Shown here piece after piece: positions 41,147 to 54,632 of a stretch of DNA of 64,000 bases. Position 1 is the stretch's first letter, and the number at the start of each line of letters is the position of its first letter. The notes under the pieces are model-generated. The model did no database searches. It saw only the letters and a program-made list of their open reading frames with translations, and was not told the origin of the DNA. Origin of the DNA: Octopus vulgaris (lineage: Eukaryota); NCBI GenBank assembly GCA_951406725.2, contig OX597826.1, positions 15,190,001-15,254,000 on the forward strand. Reading direction: 5' to 3'. The translations under genes were made by a program, and so were the position numbers.

Positions 41147-41832
41147 CAGTGTTTCTCAACCATCTTCTTGCATATGGACCCCTTCGATTCTTATTTTACT
41201 TGGGTGAAGCTTCATAGCCTTTTTATCCTTTAATATATCCTAGTTTAAAAGGTGCACCAAAGAGAGTGAAATAGCACGACTATAATGCGTCTATAATGAC
41301 TATACGTCTCGGTGTTGTTTAATCAGAGGTTAAGGACAGATGAGAATTAATTCTGTAATGCAATCATTCTATTGTTCCAGTCTCAAGTTGAATTCCAATT
41401 GTTGGCCAATTAGTCCAATTGTTCTTATCTCGACGTAAAATTAACGAAGCGAATGTAATTACCTTCCCCTTAATCTCTGACGTCATCTGACAAACGCCAA
41501 CTAAGATGGCTTGAATCAGCCGAGGTTTACCTGCTAGACATAGCAACCCGAATGCTTTTAAATCAGATCACAATGCTGGATGTTCAAGAACCAAATGAAA
41601 GGCAGATTGTCGATCCTGAGATCATTCTGATTCCAAAAAGGTATATGTCTATGTAGAGCACATATTGACTGAGATACAGAGGTCCCAGACGGACAGACAA
41701 AATTTTGTTTTTATTAATTTAAGTTGTATAAAAATGTATTAAACTATTTTGTGTATTGTAGAAGTATAACCATAACAAAATCTTATATATTTCCACAAAA
41801 GATTCATATGGACACCCTAATGAGAACCACTG
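41147..41832. mobile_element. hAT (Charlie-type) non-autonomous element
   Basis: Termini CAGTGTTTCTCA / TGAGAACCACTG; imperfect 8-bp flanks ctgtatgt / ctctatat. Confidence 0.6.
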
Positions 41833-42749
41833 CTCTATATTTGATCAGTCAGTCCCGCTGAAATCTCATTCTTCCATCTTATCTAAAGAAGGATACATTG
41901 GAAAATATAGCTATTGATAAATAAAAAGAAGGGATGCTTGCAACTGGAAAGCTTTCCATCATAGGCTTGCGCGATTATACCAGACCTGGTATTCAACACA
42001 TTGGAAGTAACGCTTGCTCCATACCATAATTCAGTGTCTGAGGAACTAACAACACTATTCCTGTATCAATAATATACCTATGTAAATGTGTTAAGAACAT
42101 TCCAGTAGATTAATTCATCGATTTTATGTTACATAGTATCACTTCAAGCTCTTGAGATATTTATCTAAACAGCAGACGGAAATTTGTTTTGGTATTTGTT
42201 AAGGCTCAGGGAACAGTCATATTACAGCTGGTTTACAACTAGAAATTGGTTTATATCGATTCTCTTTAAATATCGAATCACGTCCGTTACCTTGTATCAG
42301 CATTTAAAAATTATATCTAATTGATTCGTTAGTAAGGTTCAAATTAACAATTTACTAAATTACGAAAAATTGTGGCACATTATTCTCTATGCAACAGTCT
42401 AGACATTACATTCTAATCTACAGTACACATCAGTCATTGAAATGAAGCAAGTACAAATCGTTTTAAGAATCTGTTTTCTGTAGTTTATCACCTAACAGGG
42501 ATGCCATGTTTACTATTTAGCATACAGATAGAACCAGAGGGACTCGAGGGCACACAGCTAACCACATTCTCTAGAGAATGTAAACCTGTGTATCACCAGT
42601 CCCTATACCGACACCACCACAACTTTCACCACCGATACAGTATCACTACCACTACACAAGATGCCTCGACATCAACCTGACTACCGTCACCAAGTGCTCC
42701 TACAAACAGCTCCACAGATAACCTATTCAGATTTCGACATCACTATCTC

Positions 42750-43350
42750 GAACTCTCTTCCCGAATATGTAGAACAGTTCTGATATCTTGGAAGTTCCCT
42801 CTCGATAAAATACAGATCCAAGACGGAGTTGAAGAAAGAGTTTTGTGTTGACTGTGCTGCGTGTGGTAGACTTTCTCTTCAGAAATAAAGACTTCAAGTA
42901 AAAAACCAGTATCTCTGTCTGCTAGGCTGTCGTTCTCTCTGTTTTCCTCTTTAGATGCAAGCCATAGGATCTTTACCATCGAGATACGATAAAACATGAG
43001 CTTTTTCACAAGCAGAAGCTCCGATCAGTTATGAATATGTTATGGTATGGTTAGGCGCAAACATTGTAATCGCCGAGAAAGTTCAAGTCAACACTGTTGA
43101 CTATAATATAATAAAATATCACTCCAGATGGACATAAATCTACAGGCTTCCCACCCATTTTTCTAAAGTGGACTGAACTCGGAAAAAGAACCGATTGGTT
43201 TCCCTCTGAAGCGTTAGACGGTTCAACTCAATACTCTGCATCAATTGCTCTGCATCCATAATAATTATTTTTATCAACTAGCTATAACAGAATATGAAGA
43301 GAGCTAACCTGGAAAGAAGCAAATAGATGGCAAAATCTGGCGTCAAACGA
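42750..43350 (+). mobile_element. RTE-like LINE RT remnant
   Basis: EYVEQF*YLGSSLS and FHKQKLRSVMNMLW motifs; heavily decayed. Confidence 0.5.
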
Positions 43351-44278
43351 TTTCGTCACATGCAAAACTTCTCGAATAAATATGCTACAGAAATACCCCC
43401 CAAAAATGAAGAGGATAAACAACAAAAACAAGAATGTCCATCAAGCGCAACAACATCCAACTTCGTCCAGTAAGGAAAACTTGGTTGATCTTCTTAACTA
43501 TCAGAAAAGAAGAAATCAAACACTAAGAAAACACAAGAGACGACGAGTAATGATAGTGTATTTCGTAGTTCTATCAGTAAATTCCCAGTGAACTGAGTTT
43601 TTAAACTAATTTTACTTTCTGATTGATGCAATGTCTCTACAGCTCTTTGTCGAATGTGAAATGAAGCAACATCTCATAATCTCATTATCAGATACATGAT
43701 TTCTTGCAACTAAGCAAGAAACAATGATTTAGTAAAGAAATTCTAACCGGGAATCGAAACTAGTTCGGTACCCGCCTCATTGATCGTGATATGGAGATTT
43801 TTTTTTCACAAGTAGCGGAATTTATGCGAATTTTATAAATAGTAATCCGGAAGAACGTAAAAATAAGTATCCAAAAGTAATCTTAACACAAAAATAAAAC
43901 GAAACACTGAATCCTCAGTCGGGATTGTGTATGATAACTGCCATCCTCTCCCTTATAATTCTCTATAAATTAGCTATAATACTTGACACTTGCATGGTAT
44001 CAAAACCTCTCATCCCAAATAAATGTGAAGTAAGTGAAGTGAAACACTTCTAGCCGGGAGTTGAAAAAGACCTACAAAGTAAGCTCTCTTGAACCAAAGC
44101 TCTGTAGTTTACTTTTTACGAATAAAAGGTCATTAAAACTTGCTGTATAGGGAGCCATGGGGTTAAGCGGAAATTTAAAGAGTAAACATCCAATAGGTAT
44201 TCTGTTTTTTCGTTGCTGTACGTACTTCATAAGAATAGCTTGCAGGTCAGTAGACGTGCAAAAGAAGGTATTATTCTT

Positions 44279-44675
44279 TTCTATTCTAGGCACAAAGCCC
44301 TAAATTTTGGGGAAGAGGACCAGTCGATTAGATCGACCCCAGTGCGCAACTGGAATTTAATTTATCGACCCCGAAAGGATGCAAGACAATGTCGACCTCG
44401 GCGGAATTTGAACTCAGAACGCAAAGACAGAGACGAAATACCTATTTCTTTACTGCCCACAAGGGGCTAAACATAGAGGGGACAAACAAGGACAGACAAA
44501 CGGATTGAGTCGATTATATCGACCCCAGTGCGTAACTGGTACTTATTTAATCGACTCCGAAAGGATGAAAGGCAAAGTCGACCTCGGCAGAATTTGAACT
44601 CAGAACGTAACGGCAGACGAAATACCGCTAAGCATTTCGCCCGGCGTGCTAACGTTTCTGCCAGCTCGCCTCCTT
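44279..44675 (-). mobile_element. SINE family A, long form with duplicated core
   Basis: Two tandem GTCGACCTCGGC.GAATTTGAACTCAGAACG units and tail ttctattctaggcacaa. Confidence 0.88.
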
Positions 44676-45546
44676 AAAAAAAAGGTACTATTGTCATCTT
44701 CATTATTGTCATAATCCTATTCTTCTCCTCCTTATGTGCCCTTTTTTGTACTTCGTTCTCTTCCTTTTCCTCCCCTCCTCCTCATTGTCATCATCATCCT
44801 CATCATCACCACAACCATGACCTTCCTCATCCACAACATGACATGGTTACAATCTCCATCATCCCATCGCCAACATACCAAGAGGACAACATCATCATCA
44901 TCAAGGGGCGTGGTATTTAATCTTTCTCGAAATTCCCCCGCCCCCCGATAAGGCCTTCACCTACTTTAGTAGCAACCAAAGAGTGAACGTCAGAAATTTT
45001 TGAGTAACCCCAAATTGTGTTTCAAAACAGACGAGATGGAGACGACGCCTCGAATACATTTGATCAAGTCCTTTCGAGCAGAGCTGACCTGTGCTAAACT
45101 ACAACGTGAACAACATGAATACTGCTGCCACCGTAACTACAATTACCACCATCCTGAACAACATCAACAGCATTCTCGCCCCATCGTCACTCCAATACCA
45201 ATATCATCATAGCCATTATATTCATCATCATCGTCATGTTGACGACGGCGACGTCGACGGCCTCCCCTACCATCATCATCATCATCATCATCGCCACTAC
45301 CACGGCCAGCGCTGCCGCAACGACCCCACCCCGTCTACCACAACCACTGCTGTCGTAGTCGTCAGTTATAATCGCTTTCCTCCTCGTCATATTCGTTATT
45401 ATTGACAGTTGAATAATCAAATAAATTCTGACAGAAATTATAATTAAATGTAAAAATATGAACAAAATGAATAAATATAGTAAAGAATTGAAAAGAACAC
45501 AAAAAAAAACAACTAAAGAACACGGCAGTAAAACTCATTAACTCAC

Positions 45547-45800
45547 CCACATCTTTGCGAATGTTTCGATTTTCGTATTCTTAAAGAAAGCCATGACACC
45601 ACTGTTTTTGACAGTGCCGTATTTGATTTTGGTTTGTTTTGGAAGATCAGAAATTGTTTTGATGGGAGTATTGATCTTCTTCACTGTAAGGAAGGCAGCT
45701 AGATTAGCAGTGTACGAAGAGATGAGGATGAGGGCAAAAAACCACCAAGCGCTGGTAAGGATACGTCCGGGCACTGTGTTTGGGGAAGCATCTGTGTTTC
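45547..45800 (-). CDS. iGluR exon, M3 gate and start of S2
   Basis: (G)[39 protein letters not shown]...KYGTV; contains SYTANLAAF; tctaacAG acceptor, GTGAGT donor; 254 nt phase 1/0. Confidence 0.97.
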
Positions 45801-46030
45801 CTGTTAGAGTAGAAGTTGAAAATAATTATGGCAAGGAGTTTGTGTAAATGAAAATACAAATGTATTATAACTTTGGACAAACTAAACTGTTTCTTGCAGA
45901 TATAATAAACTTTCTAAACAAGCCTTCCTAGCTGGATTTATACAGAAGTCATTAATTCTGTATAAAAACAAAAATGTAGTGTCTCAAATAAAAAGCGGAC
46001 TGTTTATGCAACCAAATCAAAAGGAATTTG

Positions 46031-46102
46031 TACATGTAGGTCTAGTGGTTAGAATTTCGCGCTCTCACCGTAGCGGCCTGGTTTCGATTCCCCACTTGGG
46101 AA
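46031..46102 (+). pseudogene. tRNA-Glu(CTC) pseudogene
   Basis: GGTCTAGTGGTTAGAATTTCGCG-CTCTCAC-CGTAGCGGCCTGGTTTCGATTCCCC...GGGAA follows the eukaryotic tRNA-Glu(CTC) pattern; acceptor, anticodon and T stems are mismatched. Confidence 0.75.
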
Positions 46103-46114
46103 ATAGTTATTTCG

Positions 46115-46490
46115 TCGCAAGCGTGGCTGTACGGTAAGAAGCTTGCTTGCCAACCCCATGGTTCAGCGTTCAGTCCAGTTGTATGGCACCTTCGGCAAGC
46201 CTTGTGCCGATTAAAGCCTTGTGAGTGGATTTGGTAGACGGAAACTAAAAGAAGCCTGTCTGTATATGTGTGTGTGCATGAGTATAAATGTGTGTGTGTG
46301 TATGTATTTGTCTCCCCACCATCGATTGACAACCGATGCTGGTGTGTTTATGTCCCCGTAACTTAGCTGTTTGGCAAAATATACCGATAGAATAAGCACT
46401 AGGCTTACACAGAATAAATCCTGGGATCGATTTCTTTGACTAAAAACCCTTTAAGGCGGTACTTAAAAAAATAAAGAATAAAAGAATGTA
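46115..46490 (+). mobile_element. SINE family B
   Basis: Same consensus with internal deletions. Confidence 0.82.
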
Positions 46491-46602
46491 GTGTAAATGA
46501 TTGTTGAAGTGCAAAATAGACTAAGCGTGATTATAAAGTTATTCGTCTGTACTGAACTCCACTCAAGCGGTCAGCGCTATTTGAGTATAGTTCAATAAAG
46601 TT

Positions 46603-47014
46603 GGAATCTTTTCGGTTTGAACGGCAGCTTTTCTAGCGGTGTCATATGAAATTGTCACCCATAATTATGACCCTAGAATCGATCTATTGCATTTCAATCT
46701 CTTTTAGGGTTAGGGTTAGATGTGGGGGAAGGGTATCTTTTTTTCTTCACAAATGTAAATAAACCCAATTTGTTTCTTAAACGAGGGACATATTCATACG
46801 GCACAGAATGCTTTTTACCTCAATAGACGTCACTGATTGGTTGGAATTGCAGAAATTGAAGAAATAACAAATATCTTAAAAACTATAGAATTTTCTCAAT
46901 AAAGACAAGAGAAAAAAGATGTTTCATAAACACATTCTACCAGAATACGAAGTTTAACATTTTTTAATTACCTAGAAATTATGTTAAAAACTGCTGTTCA
47001 AACCGAAAAGATCC
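46603..47014. mobile_element. MITE-like element with about 27-bp TIRs and internal TTAGGG repeats
   Basis: atcttttcggtttgaacggcagctttt / aaaactgctgttcaaaccgaaaagat; ttagggttagggttag near 46704. Confidence 0.75.
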
Positions 47015-47638
47015 AAAAGTTGAACATCAGACACGATAAATTAATGGAACGACTCAAATTGGAACTCTAATATTATCTGTTGAAGCTATTGAGTTTTATC
47101 TTAATTTAGTCACAGAATTATCGTGTACACGATATTTCCTACCACTTTACTAATTAATCGAATGTACTGGCATACACATACATTTGAAGTTAATGTTTTC
47201 AAAATTAAAAAAACAAAAACAACAGCTAGCACTAATAGACGTATAGTATATATTAGAGATTTTTGAATGAGTTACAAACTGAGAGGAATGTTTATAGAAG
47301 GAAGAGGGGGTTGTAGGAATAAAAATGACAATCCTTAAAAGTAAAAAAAAGAGGAAATTTCTGAAAAAATAGCCAAGAAAGGGATGGGATAGCTGAAAAT
47401 TGTTTTACAAGTGTCATAAATGAAAAAATAAAGAATACACACACACACACACAGACACACACATAGTGTATATCGAGCGTGAACAGTTAGATCTACGACT
47501 GCTACTTTTGATTTTAGAGCTCTTCGTAGATTTTCACCATCCATTCTACTTCCAGTATAGTACTTAAGTTACAGCTAAGTAGTACAACTGTTTATGATGT
47601 ACAGAGCAAGTTTATCATTTCTCTTTCTCTCGCCCTCA

Positions 47639-47720
<82 letters not shown>

Positions 47721-47917
47721 GGTGGAGAGATAAATACCTATCTAGCTAGCTATTTATCTATATAAAAAAGCATACAAAATGGGACAAGAACGCAAAACAT
47801 CCAGAAGACGATACAAAAAACACGACCGGGTCATTCGAAGCCAATCATCTTCAGTCAAGAACCGGATCATCCTCGCAATTTCGGCTGATTAATAGATATA
47901 TATATATATAGAGAGAG

Positions 47918-48019
<102 letters not shown>

Positions 48020-48095
48020 TGACAGATTACCAACAGCCTTACGCGTTACACAGATTCAGGGATGCATATATTTATACATACAGAGATATACTTGC

Positions 48096-48399
48096 CTTGT
48101 AGTAAAGATCCAAAGATGAACCAGAAGCTCTCCCTGAACGAAATCGAAGGATAATCCTTTTTCTTACGCATGCCCAGTTTCTCCAGGAAGTACAGTATTA
48201 CACTGACGACAATAAATGCCCCGAATGTGCATATCCAAACAGGTGGCGAGAGGGGGTTGAGGAACTCAAAATATGATGTTTCTAGTTTAGTTTTCTTCAT
48301 GATTACACTAATGTAGCGAGTCATAAAAGGTTTAGTGAAATCCACTGCCTCCTCGCGCTGTGAATTGATGCTGAGGGGCGATACTGTCATAGTGGCATT
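48096..48399 (-). CDS. iGluR exon, S1 end, M1 and M2 pore loop
   Basis: NATMTVSPLSINSQREEAVDFTKPFM...FLNPLSPPVW...FWFIFGSLLQ(G); 304 nt; ends phase 1 at a G|GCAAGT donor. Confidence 0.95.
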
Positions 48400-48769
48400 C
48401 TTAAATAAAATGAAGAGATTAATCAATTAGTGAAGTGAGAAAAAGATGAGACAGAACGTGAGATATTTACATAGATAAATGAAGAGAGGGTTAAACAATG
48501 ACAGAATAAATATTAGCTAGAAAGATTTGATAACCATCAAAATAACAAACCTGGAATAAAAAGATGTTAAATAAATATTAGGGTTACCGAAAAGTAATCT
48601 CATATTTCATGCCATGAACTCAAATGAGCATAAAGCATATCGTTCATATATTTATTGATTCAAAATAAAAGGGCCTCGTTAGCAACAACATACGGTCCAC
48701 AAATCAGGTTTTTTAAAGAGAAAAGTTTTTAGTGTGCCTTTTCCACATCCACTATTCTTCTGAATGTCT

Positions 48770-49100
48770 TTCCTCTTGTAGACCAGAGTGGTGCTAGGTG
48801 TTAAGAGTAGAGAGTGGGAGCTCATGAAGTACCTGCTTCGCTTTTCTGTACACTTACTCAATCTACTGCTTCATCAGCACTTGTAAAGTGAACCAGGTAT
48901 TATTAAGCTCTCAGAATAAGTACCCGATACTTTAACACAGTTTTCACTGTGTCACTATACAGAGCATAGTTGATCTTCCTGATCGAAACCCGACTCAATG
49001 ATCGAAATAACCGATTTTGCATTTGCTGAAGCCTCTTTGACATTTTCGAACACTAGCACCATCATATTACACATTTTCCTCTTGTACTTGTGGCGTTTTT
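48770..49100 (-). mobile_element. Possible LINE RT fragment
   Basis: SGFRSGRST motif on the minus strand; otherwise decayed. Confidence 0.35.
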
Positions 49101-49211
49101 GCTCATAGGAAATTAGTAAAGTATGCGATGCCGAATATGCACCTTACTTAGATTCTTGTCTCTCAAGAGCTATTAGATAGAGAATATATATATATATATA
49201 TATATATATAT

Positions 49212-49292
49212 CAAAACAAGCAACGAGGATATCCAAGGTAGAGTAGTACAATTGTTGTTACTCTACCTTAGATATCCTTGTTGTTTATTTCG
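49212..49292. repeat. Imperfect hairpin
   Basis: caacgaggatatccaaggtagagta / tactctaccttagatatccttgttg. Confidence 0.7.
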
Positions 49293-50470
49293 ATTTATAT
49301 GGATAATACCATGCAAAATTCTGCTGCCTTTAACTTAAGTACCATATTCATCTGAACGCACACACACACACATATATATATATAAACTTTTATTAAAGTT
49401 GCGAAATCTTCACAAAACTGTTACTCAGAGTTACACGTTCCTATTCATTGGACAGTTATTAAGTATTCGAGTACTAATTATTTCAACCTTGTTTTGCATT
49501 CATATACTTGCTTGTGTGTGTGTGTGTATGTGTGAGTATCATGAAATTAGGCAGCAATTTAGAAATGTACCACCCAACAGGAAAACTATAATTGTTATTA
49601 GAACTCCTACAAGGTAAAGTGGTCTGATGCTCAGTCAACGCACATAATTGTCTACATACATACTGACAGTCAGCGTAAACGGCCAATAGTGGCAGTCGTA
49701 ATACACGTAAACCGTCGACGGTTTCGGCTTTAACTCCGCAGTCACTTCAGTAGAGTCAGCAAAACTCGTCCGATTCCGGATAAGATCGCCACCAGTATAT
49801 ATGTCAACTCCATAGAAATCTGTGGATAATTTACCGAATCGTTAAAGTATATACAAATGATTAAATTAGGCATCGGTTTAGCAATGTATCAGAGCACTTT
49901 AGCTCTTATTTCTAGCATTTTAGGTGTTCTAACATAATGTCATATTTAATGATAATCATAATTTTCCTCTGTGTGTGTGTGTAATATTTTGGACTAATAG
50001 GTATACATACATACATACATACATACATACATACATACATACATACATACATACATGCATACATACATACATGCATGCATACATCGTGTGTCCACATTAA
50101 CGTATAATCATTAAATCTATGCTGGTTGGATGACTTCAAAGACACCTTTGATTGTCTTGTTATACCAAAAGTATCGTTGGTATGATGTCAAAAATGTTTT
50201 CTTGAAAAACGACTTTTCTTTTCGGTACCTCTGATAGAATAGAATGTACAATACAAAATGTGCAGGAAATACTGCATAGAGTACATAATCTATAGAATTA
50301 AACGATTTAACTGATCGATTGATGCACTTAATTTTACTCTCTACAGTGAAGTCTTTCTGTGTTTGCATCAACGTACACCCTGTATTGAACTGACCCATCT
50401 CCAGACAATAAATCTACAGCAAATGTAGTCTCCAGCCGCAAGCGTTTACGATGGAGGGGTATTTGATGTG

Positions 50471-50708
50471 AAGGCGGCGAGCTGGCAGAACCGTTAGCAC
50501 GCCGGGTGAAATGAGTAGCCGTATTTCGTCTGCCGTTACGTTCTGAGTTCAAATTCCGCCTGGGTCGACTTTGCCTTTCATCCTTTCGGGGTCGATAAAT
50601 TGAGTACCAGTTACTCACTGGGGTCGATGTAATCGACTTAATTCGTTTGTCTGTCCTTCTTTGTCCCCTCTGTGTTTAGTCCCTTGTGGGCAGTAAAGAA
50701 ATAGGTAT
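50471..50708 (+). mobile_element. SINE family A
   Basis: Near-consensus copy. Confidence 0.88.
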
Positions 50709-51971
50709 TTGATATTGAGTGGTATTGGAATGGAAATAGGCCCTTGTCATTCTAAAGGATCACAACCATGAGAGAATCAGTAACGAGTCAACGAGGGAAT
50801 TTCTACGGAATCCATCACAATGCTAGAAATAATAGCAGTTAAATATTTGCATTTTATATGACAAGACATTTTAAAAATATAGTGATTATACTAAAAAAAA
50901 AAAATGGATGCCCATTATCTGAATTCTATTGACCATAAGTCTCCCCGATTAGGGTTGACTTCTGGCTAAGCAATGATACAAACTAACAGGATACTCAAAA
51001 TGGTTTCTGCTAATGATAATTATAACCGCTAATCATTTGACCCTTTAGTTCCTACTTAAAAATAGGTGGAGTGAACTATTGAGAATAAGTGTAATGCCAG
51101 TATCAATATACAAACCGCGCTATCCTCTTGCTTGGTTGCACAGTATCCTATTCATTCGATTTATGAAACTCCCAATCGATAGGATTGTCTATTTCACTTT
51201 ATCGTATTCAGATATTTCTTCTTAAAGCACATCAATATACATCACACTTCGACTTTCATCAGTAATCTGTCTACTTAACAGTTTACAGATAAAAAATTAT
51301 CTATTTGACAGTTTGCTAAGACAGCCTTTTAATCAAAATTATTTAACAATCAATGTTCAGTCAGTAAATTATGTCCTAGCTTCCTCTCTAGCTAGGATTC
51401 TGCACCTATAAACGAGTCAGATATTTCAAACTAACTCGATGCACCATCATTATTTCTGTCAATTACTCTGATATGTCGCACTCTGGGCTTTGTTTTAAAT
51501 ACTTTATCTTGTCTTACTCTCTCTGAATTACAACCCATTGAAAACCTGGAAACGTTCAACAAGATATACTAATCTTATATTCTAGCATTAAAACTTTTTT
51601 TCTACTAACAAATGAGATGCAAATCCAGTCTATAAATGGATAAGTCGATTAAACTATAATCATATAACTAGGTATTTCCACGGTTATCTTGAAAGTTATA
51701 AAATTAGCAGAAGTTTATGCAGAACTATCATAATTTCTCATAAAAGTTATCAGTTGTTGAAGCAATGGATGTTTTAGATTATGTAAAGAACATTTAGACT
51801 GTATTGAAAGGGCAGTCTTTACACTTGTCGCTTCTTCCAACTCGTGAAGTGAACGGGCTTGAGGAAATGTTACTTACGATTTTCTTGAGAAACACCTGAT
51901 CCACTCTTGTTTCTTTTCTATTAAGATTTTGCTATGAAAATGATCATAAATGTTTTCTAAGAATAATATAT

Positions 51972-52390
51972 ACTCTTTTACTCTTTTTACTCTTTTACTT
52001 GTTTTAATCATTTGACTGTAGCCATGCTGGAGCACCGCCTTTAGTCGAGCAAATCGACCCCGGGACTTATTCTTTGTGAGCCCAGTACTTATTCTATCGG
52101 TCTCTTTTGCCGAACCGCTAAGTGACGAGGACGTAAACACACCAGCATCGGTTGTCAAGCAATGCTAGAGGGACAAACATAGACACACAAACATATACAT
52201 ACACATACATACATATATATATACATATATACGACAGGCTTCTTTCAGTTTCCGTCTACCAAATCCACTCACAAGGCATTGGTCGGCCCGAGGCTATAGC
52301 AGAAGACACTTGCCCAAGATGCCACGCAGTGGGACTGAACCCAGAACCATGTGGTTGGTAGGCAAGCTACTTACCACACAGCCACTCCTG
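51972..52390 (-). mobile_element. SINE family B, full length
   Basis: Near-consensus; (TTTTACTC)n tail. Confidence 0.9.
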
Positions 52391-53484
52391 GAAAATTTTA
52401 AGTAATCTTAACTCTAAAAGGAAATTGAACACATGATCTATCCATATCATTATTCTATTAGACTACATAAAAACAAACGCTTTAAGAAATCATAATACGA
52501 TACACTATGATACATGGGAAAAGTGGAGCTGACTGAACTTAGACCTACATTCGTAATGTATGAAGTACAATAGCTTGCCCTGCGAGTTATGAATCCTATC
52601 AAAATATATCACTTATATATATTAAATTTGGTTTTAAATATTGATTTTCCAGTCAATAAATGCTGAATCTGTAATAAGTTACTTCTTTGATTCAATTTCA
52701 TAGTTTAACAGCCCATTGTTTACAGAGAGTATAAATGTTGTGTGTGTAACTGTTTAAGTATTCCATTTCATCCCATCGTTAAAGCATTACATACGTTGAC
52801 AGTAACAGAATAATGTAATACACTTCAAATGAAAACAGTATTTTATCTGCACTGGAAGGTGGGAATTATGATAAACTCCCCAATCGCATTGTATCATGTG
52901 ATAAAGTAAATTAAGGACGCACTTGAAAGTGTTCACTCGGAACAAAGCTACATGGAATACGAAGAATTATTGTTTATCGTTAGATAAACAACAAATATAT
53001 CATAGATACTTCTGGTCGTAAAACAGACTTTATCTTTTGACTTTCATGATATCATCAGTATTTTGACACACATGTGAAACAGATATGTTTTACTTGATAA
53101 AACGTTTATCACAGAGGTGAGCACTATGCAAGCGACATCCACAAGTTTCCATATCTGATAACCGTTTTACGTCTCTCATCTGTTTTGTTTAACTAAGCAT
53201 ATCTATCATTGGTTTTCTTTGTTGCTATCGCCAGGAGATAAACTTACATAGTTTATCAGAAATAGGAAACGATACGATTTCTTTTGTTGACAAGCGCAGA
53301 AGATTCCGACAATTAGCATTGACGATCCAGGTTCACCTCCCAGACGAATCTGTTTATTTCACTTATGTCACTAATCCCTATCTACAAAAGTCTCTCTCAA
53401 TCGAATATGAACACCGCAGTAAAAGAACTGTTTGTTAAAATTTTAAAGACCACCACAACAAGGTAAATAACTCTAAGAACTCTT

Positions 53485-54027
53485 TCTTCAACAGGCACAA
53501 GGCCTGAAATTTTTTTTTGAGAAAGGACCTAGTCTATTACATCCGCCCCATGATGGAAGTCAACATCGATCTCAATGGAGATTGAACTTAGAACTAAACA
53601 TTTCGTCCGATCCGCTAACTATTCTGCCAGTTTGCTGTATTAACAATAATTATAATAGCAAAATATTGTTCTACTATAGGTACAAGGCCCTATATCTTTT
53701 GGGGTGGGGGCTAGTAAATTAGATAGACCCTAGTATGCAACTATACTTAATTTATCGACCTCGATGGATAAAATGTAAAGTCGACCACGGCGGAATTTGA
53801 ACTCAGAACGTAAAGACAGACGGAATACCTATTTCTTCACTACCCACAAGGGGCTAAACACAGAGAGGACAAACAAGGACGGACAAACGGATTAAGTCGA
53901 TTATATCGACTCCAACGACCCCGAAAGGATGAAAGGCAAAGGCGACCTCGGCAGAATTTGAACTCAGAACGAAATACAGCTGAGCATTTCGCCCGGCGTG
54001 CTAACGCTTCTGCCAGCTCACCGCCTT
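53485..54027 (-). mobile_element. SINE family A cluster (one decayed copy plus one long form)
   Basis: Repeated core units. Confidence 0.8.
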
Positions 54028-54044
54028 ATATCATAATAATAATC

Positions 54045-54090
<46 letters not shown>

Positions 54091-54164
54091 CAACAACAAC
54101 AACAACAACAACAATAACAATAACAATAATAATAACAATAATAATAATAATAATTTATAATAAC

Positions 54165-54199
<35 letters not shown>

Positions 54200-54237
54200 T
54201 AATGATAATAATAATAATAATAATAATTTATAATAAC

Positions 54238-54268
<31 letters not shown>

Positions 54269-54295
54269 TTAATAATAATAATAATAATAATAATT
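54028..54295. repeat. (AAT/AAC)n trinucleotide repeat
   Basis: Direct reading. Confidence 0.95.
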
Positions 54296-54428
54296 TAATT
54301 ATTTATGTCTTACTTTAACAACAAGAACATTAACAGCAACAAATACAACAATATTCATAATGGAAATAAAAATGCCGTAAAAATAAATGAAGCCAAAATA
54401 TAAAAAAGCAAGATTATATCATAATTAC

Positions 54429-54632
54429 CCCAGCAAGGACTTCGCCAATCATTCCATTCCAATCTCCGTTGTCCATTTTGGCGCCAAAGTTTCCATCGCC
54501 AACGAGATACAAATCATATTCAAAGCCCAAGCGTTTCGATACGACATCCATTAAATCAACCGCGAAACCTTTAAACCGGTCGTTTCCGTATCGTTTTTCG
54601 TAATCGTCTTTATACATAGTGAATGGCTTTTC
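54429..54632 (-). CDS. iGluR exon, S1 ligand-binding segment
   Basis: EKPFTMYKDD...GNDRFKGFAVDL...GDGNFGA...WNGMIGEVLAG; ttttccAG acceptor, GTAATT donor; 204 nt phase 0/0. Confidence 0.95.

Noticed and set aside
44279-44675. Repeated units resembling a CRISPR array
   Set aside because: Eukaryotic SINE with an internal duplication; no regular repeat-spacer pattern or cas genes.
46031-46102. Functional tRNA-Glu gene
   Set aside because: Acceptor, anticodon and T stems are mispaired; called a pseudogene.
47765-47893. Minus-strand CGAAA...CTGAAGA hammerhead-like motif
   Set aside because: Could not form stems I and III with a valid NUH triplet; probably a truncated repeat.
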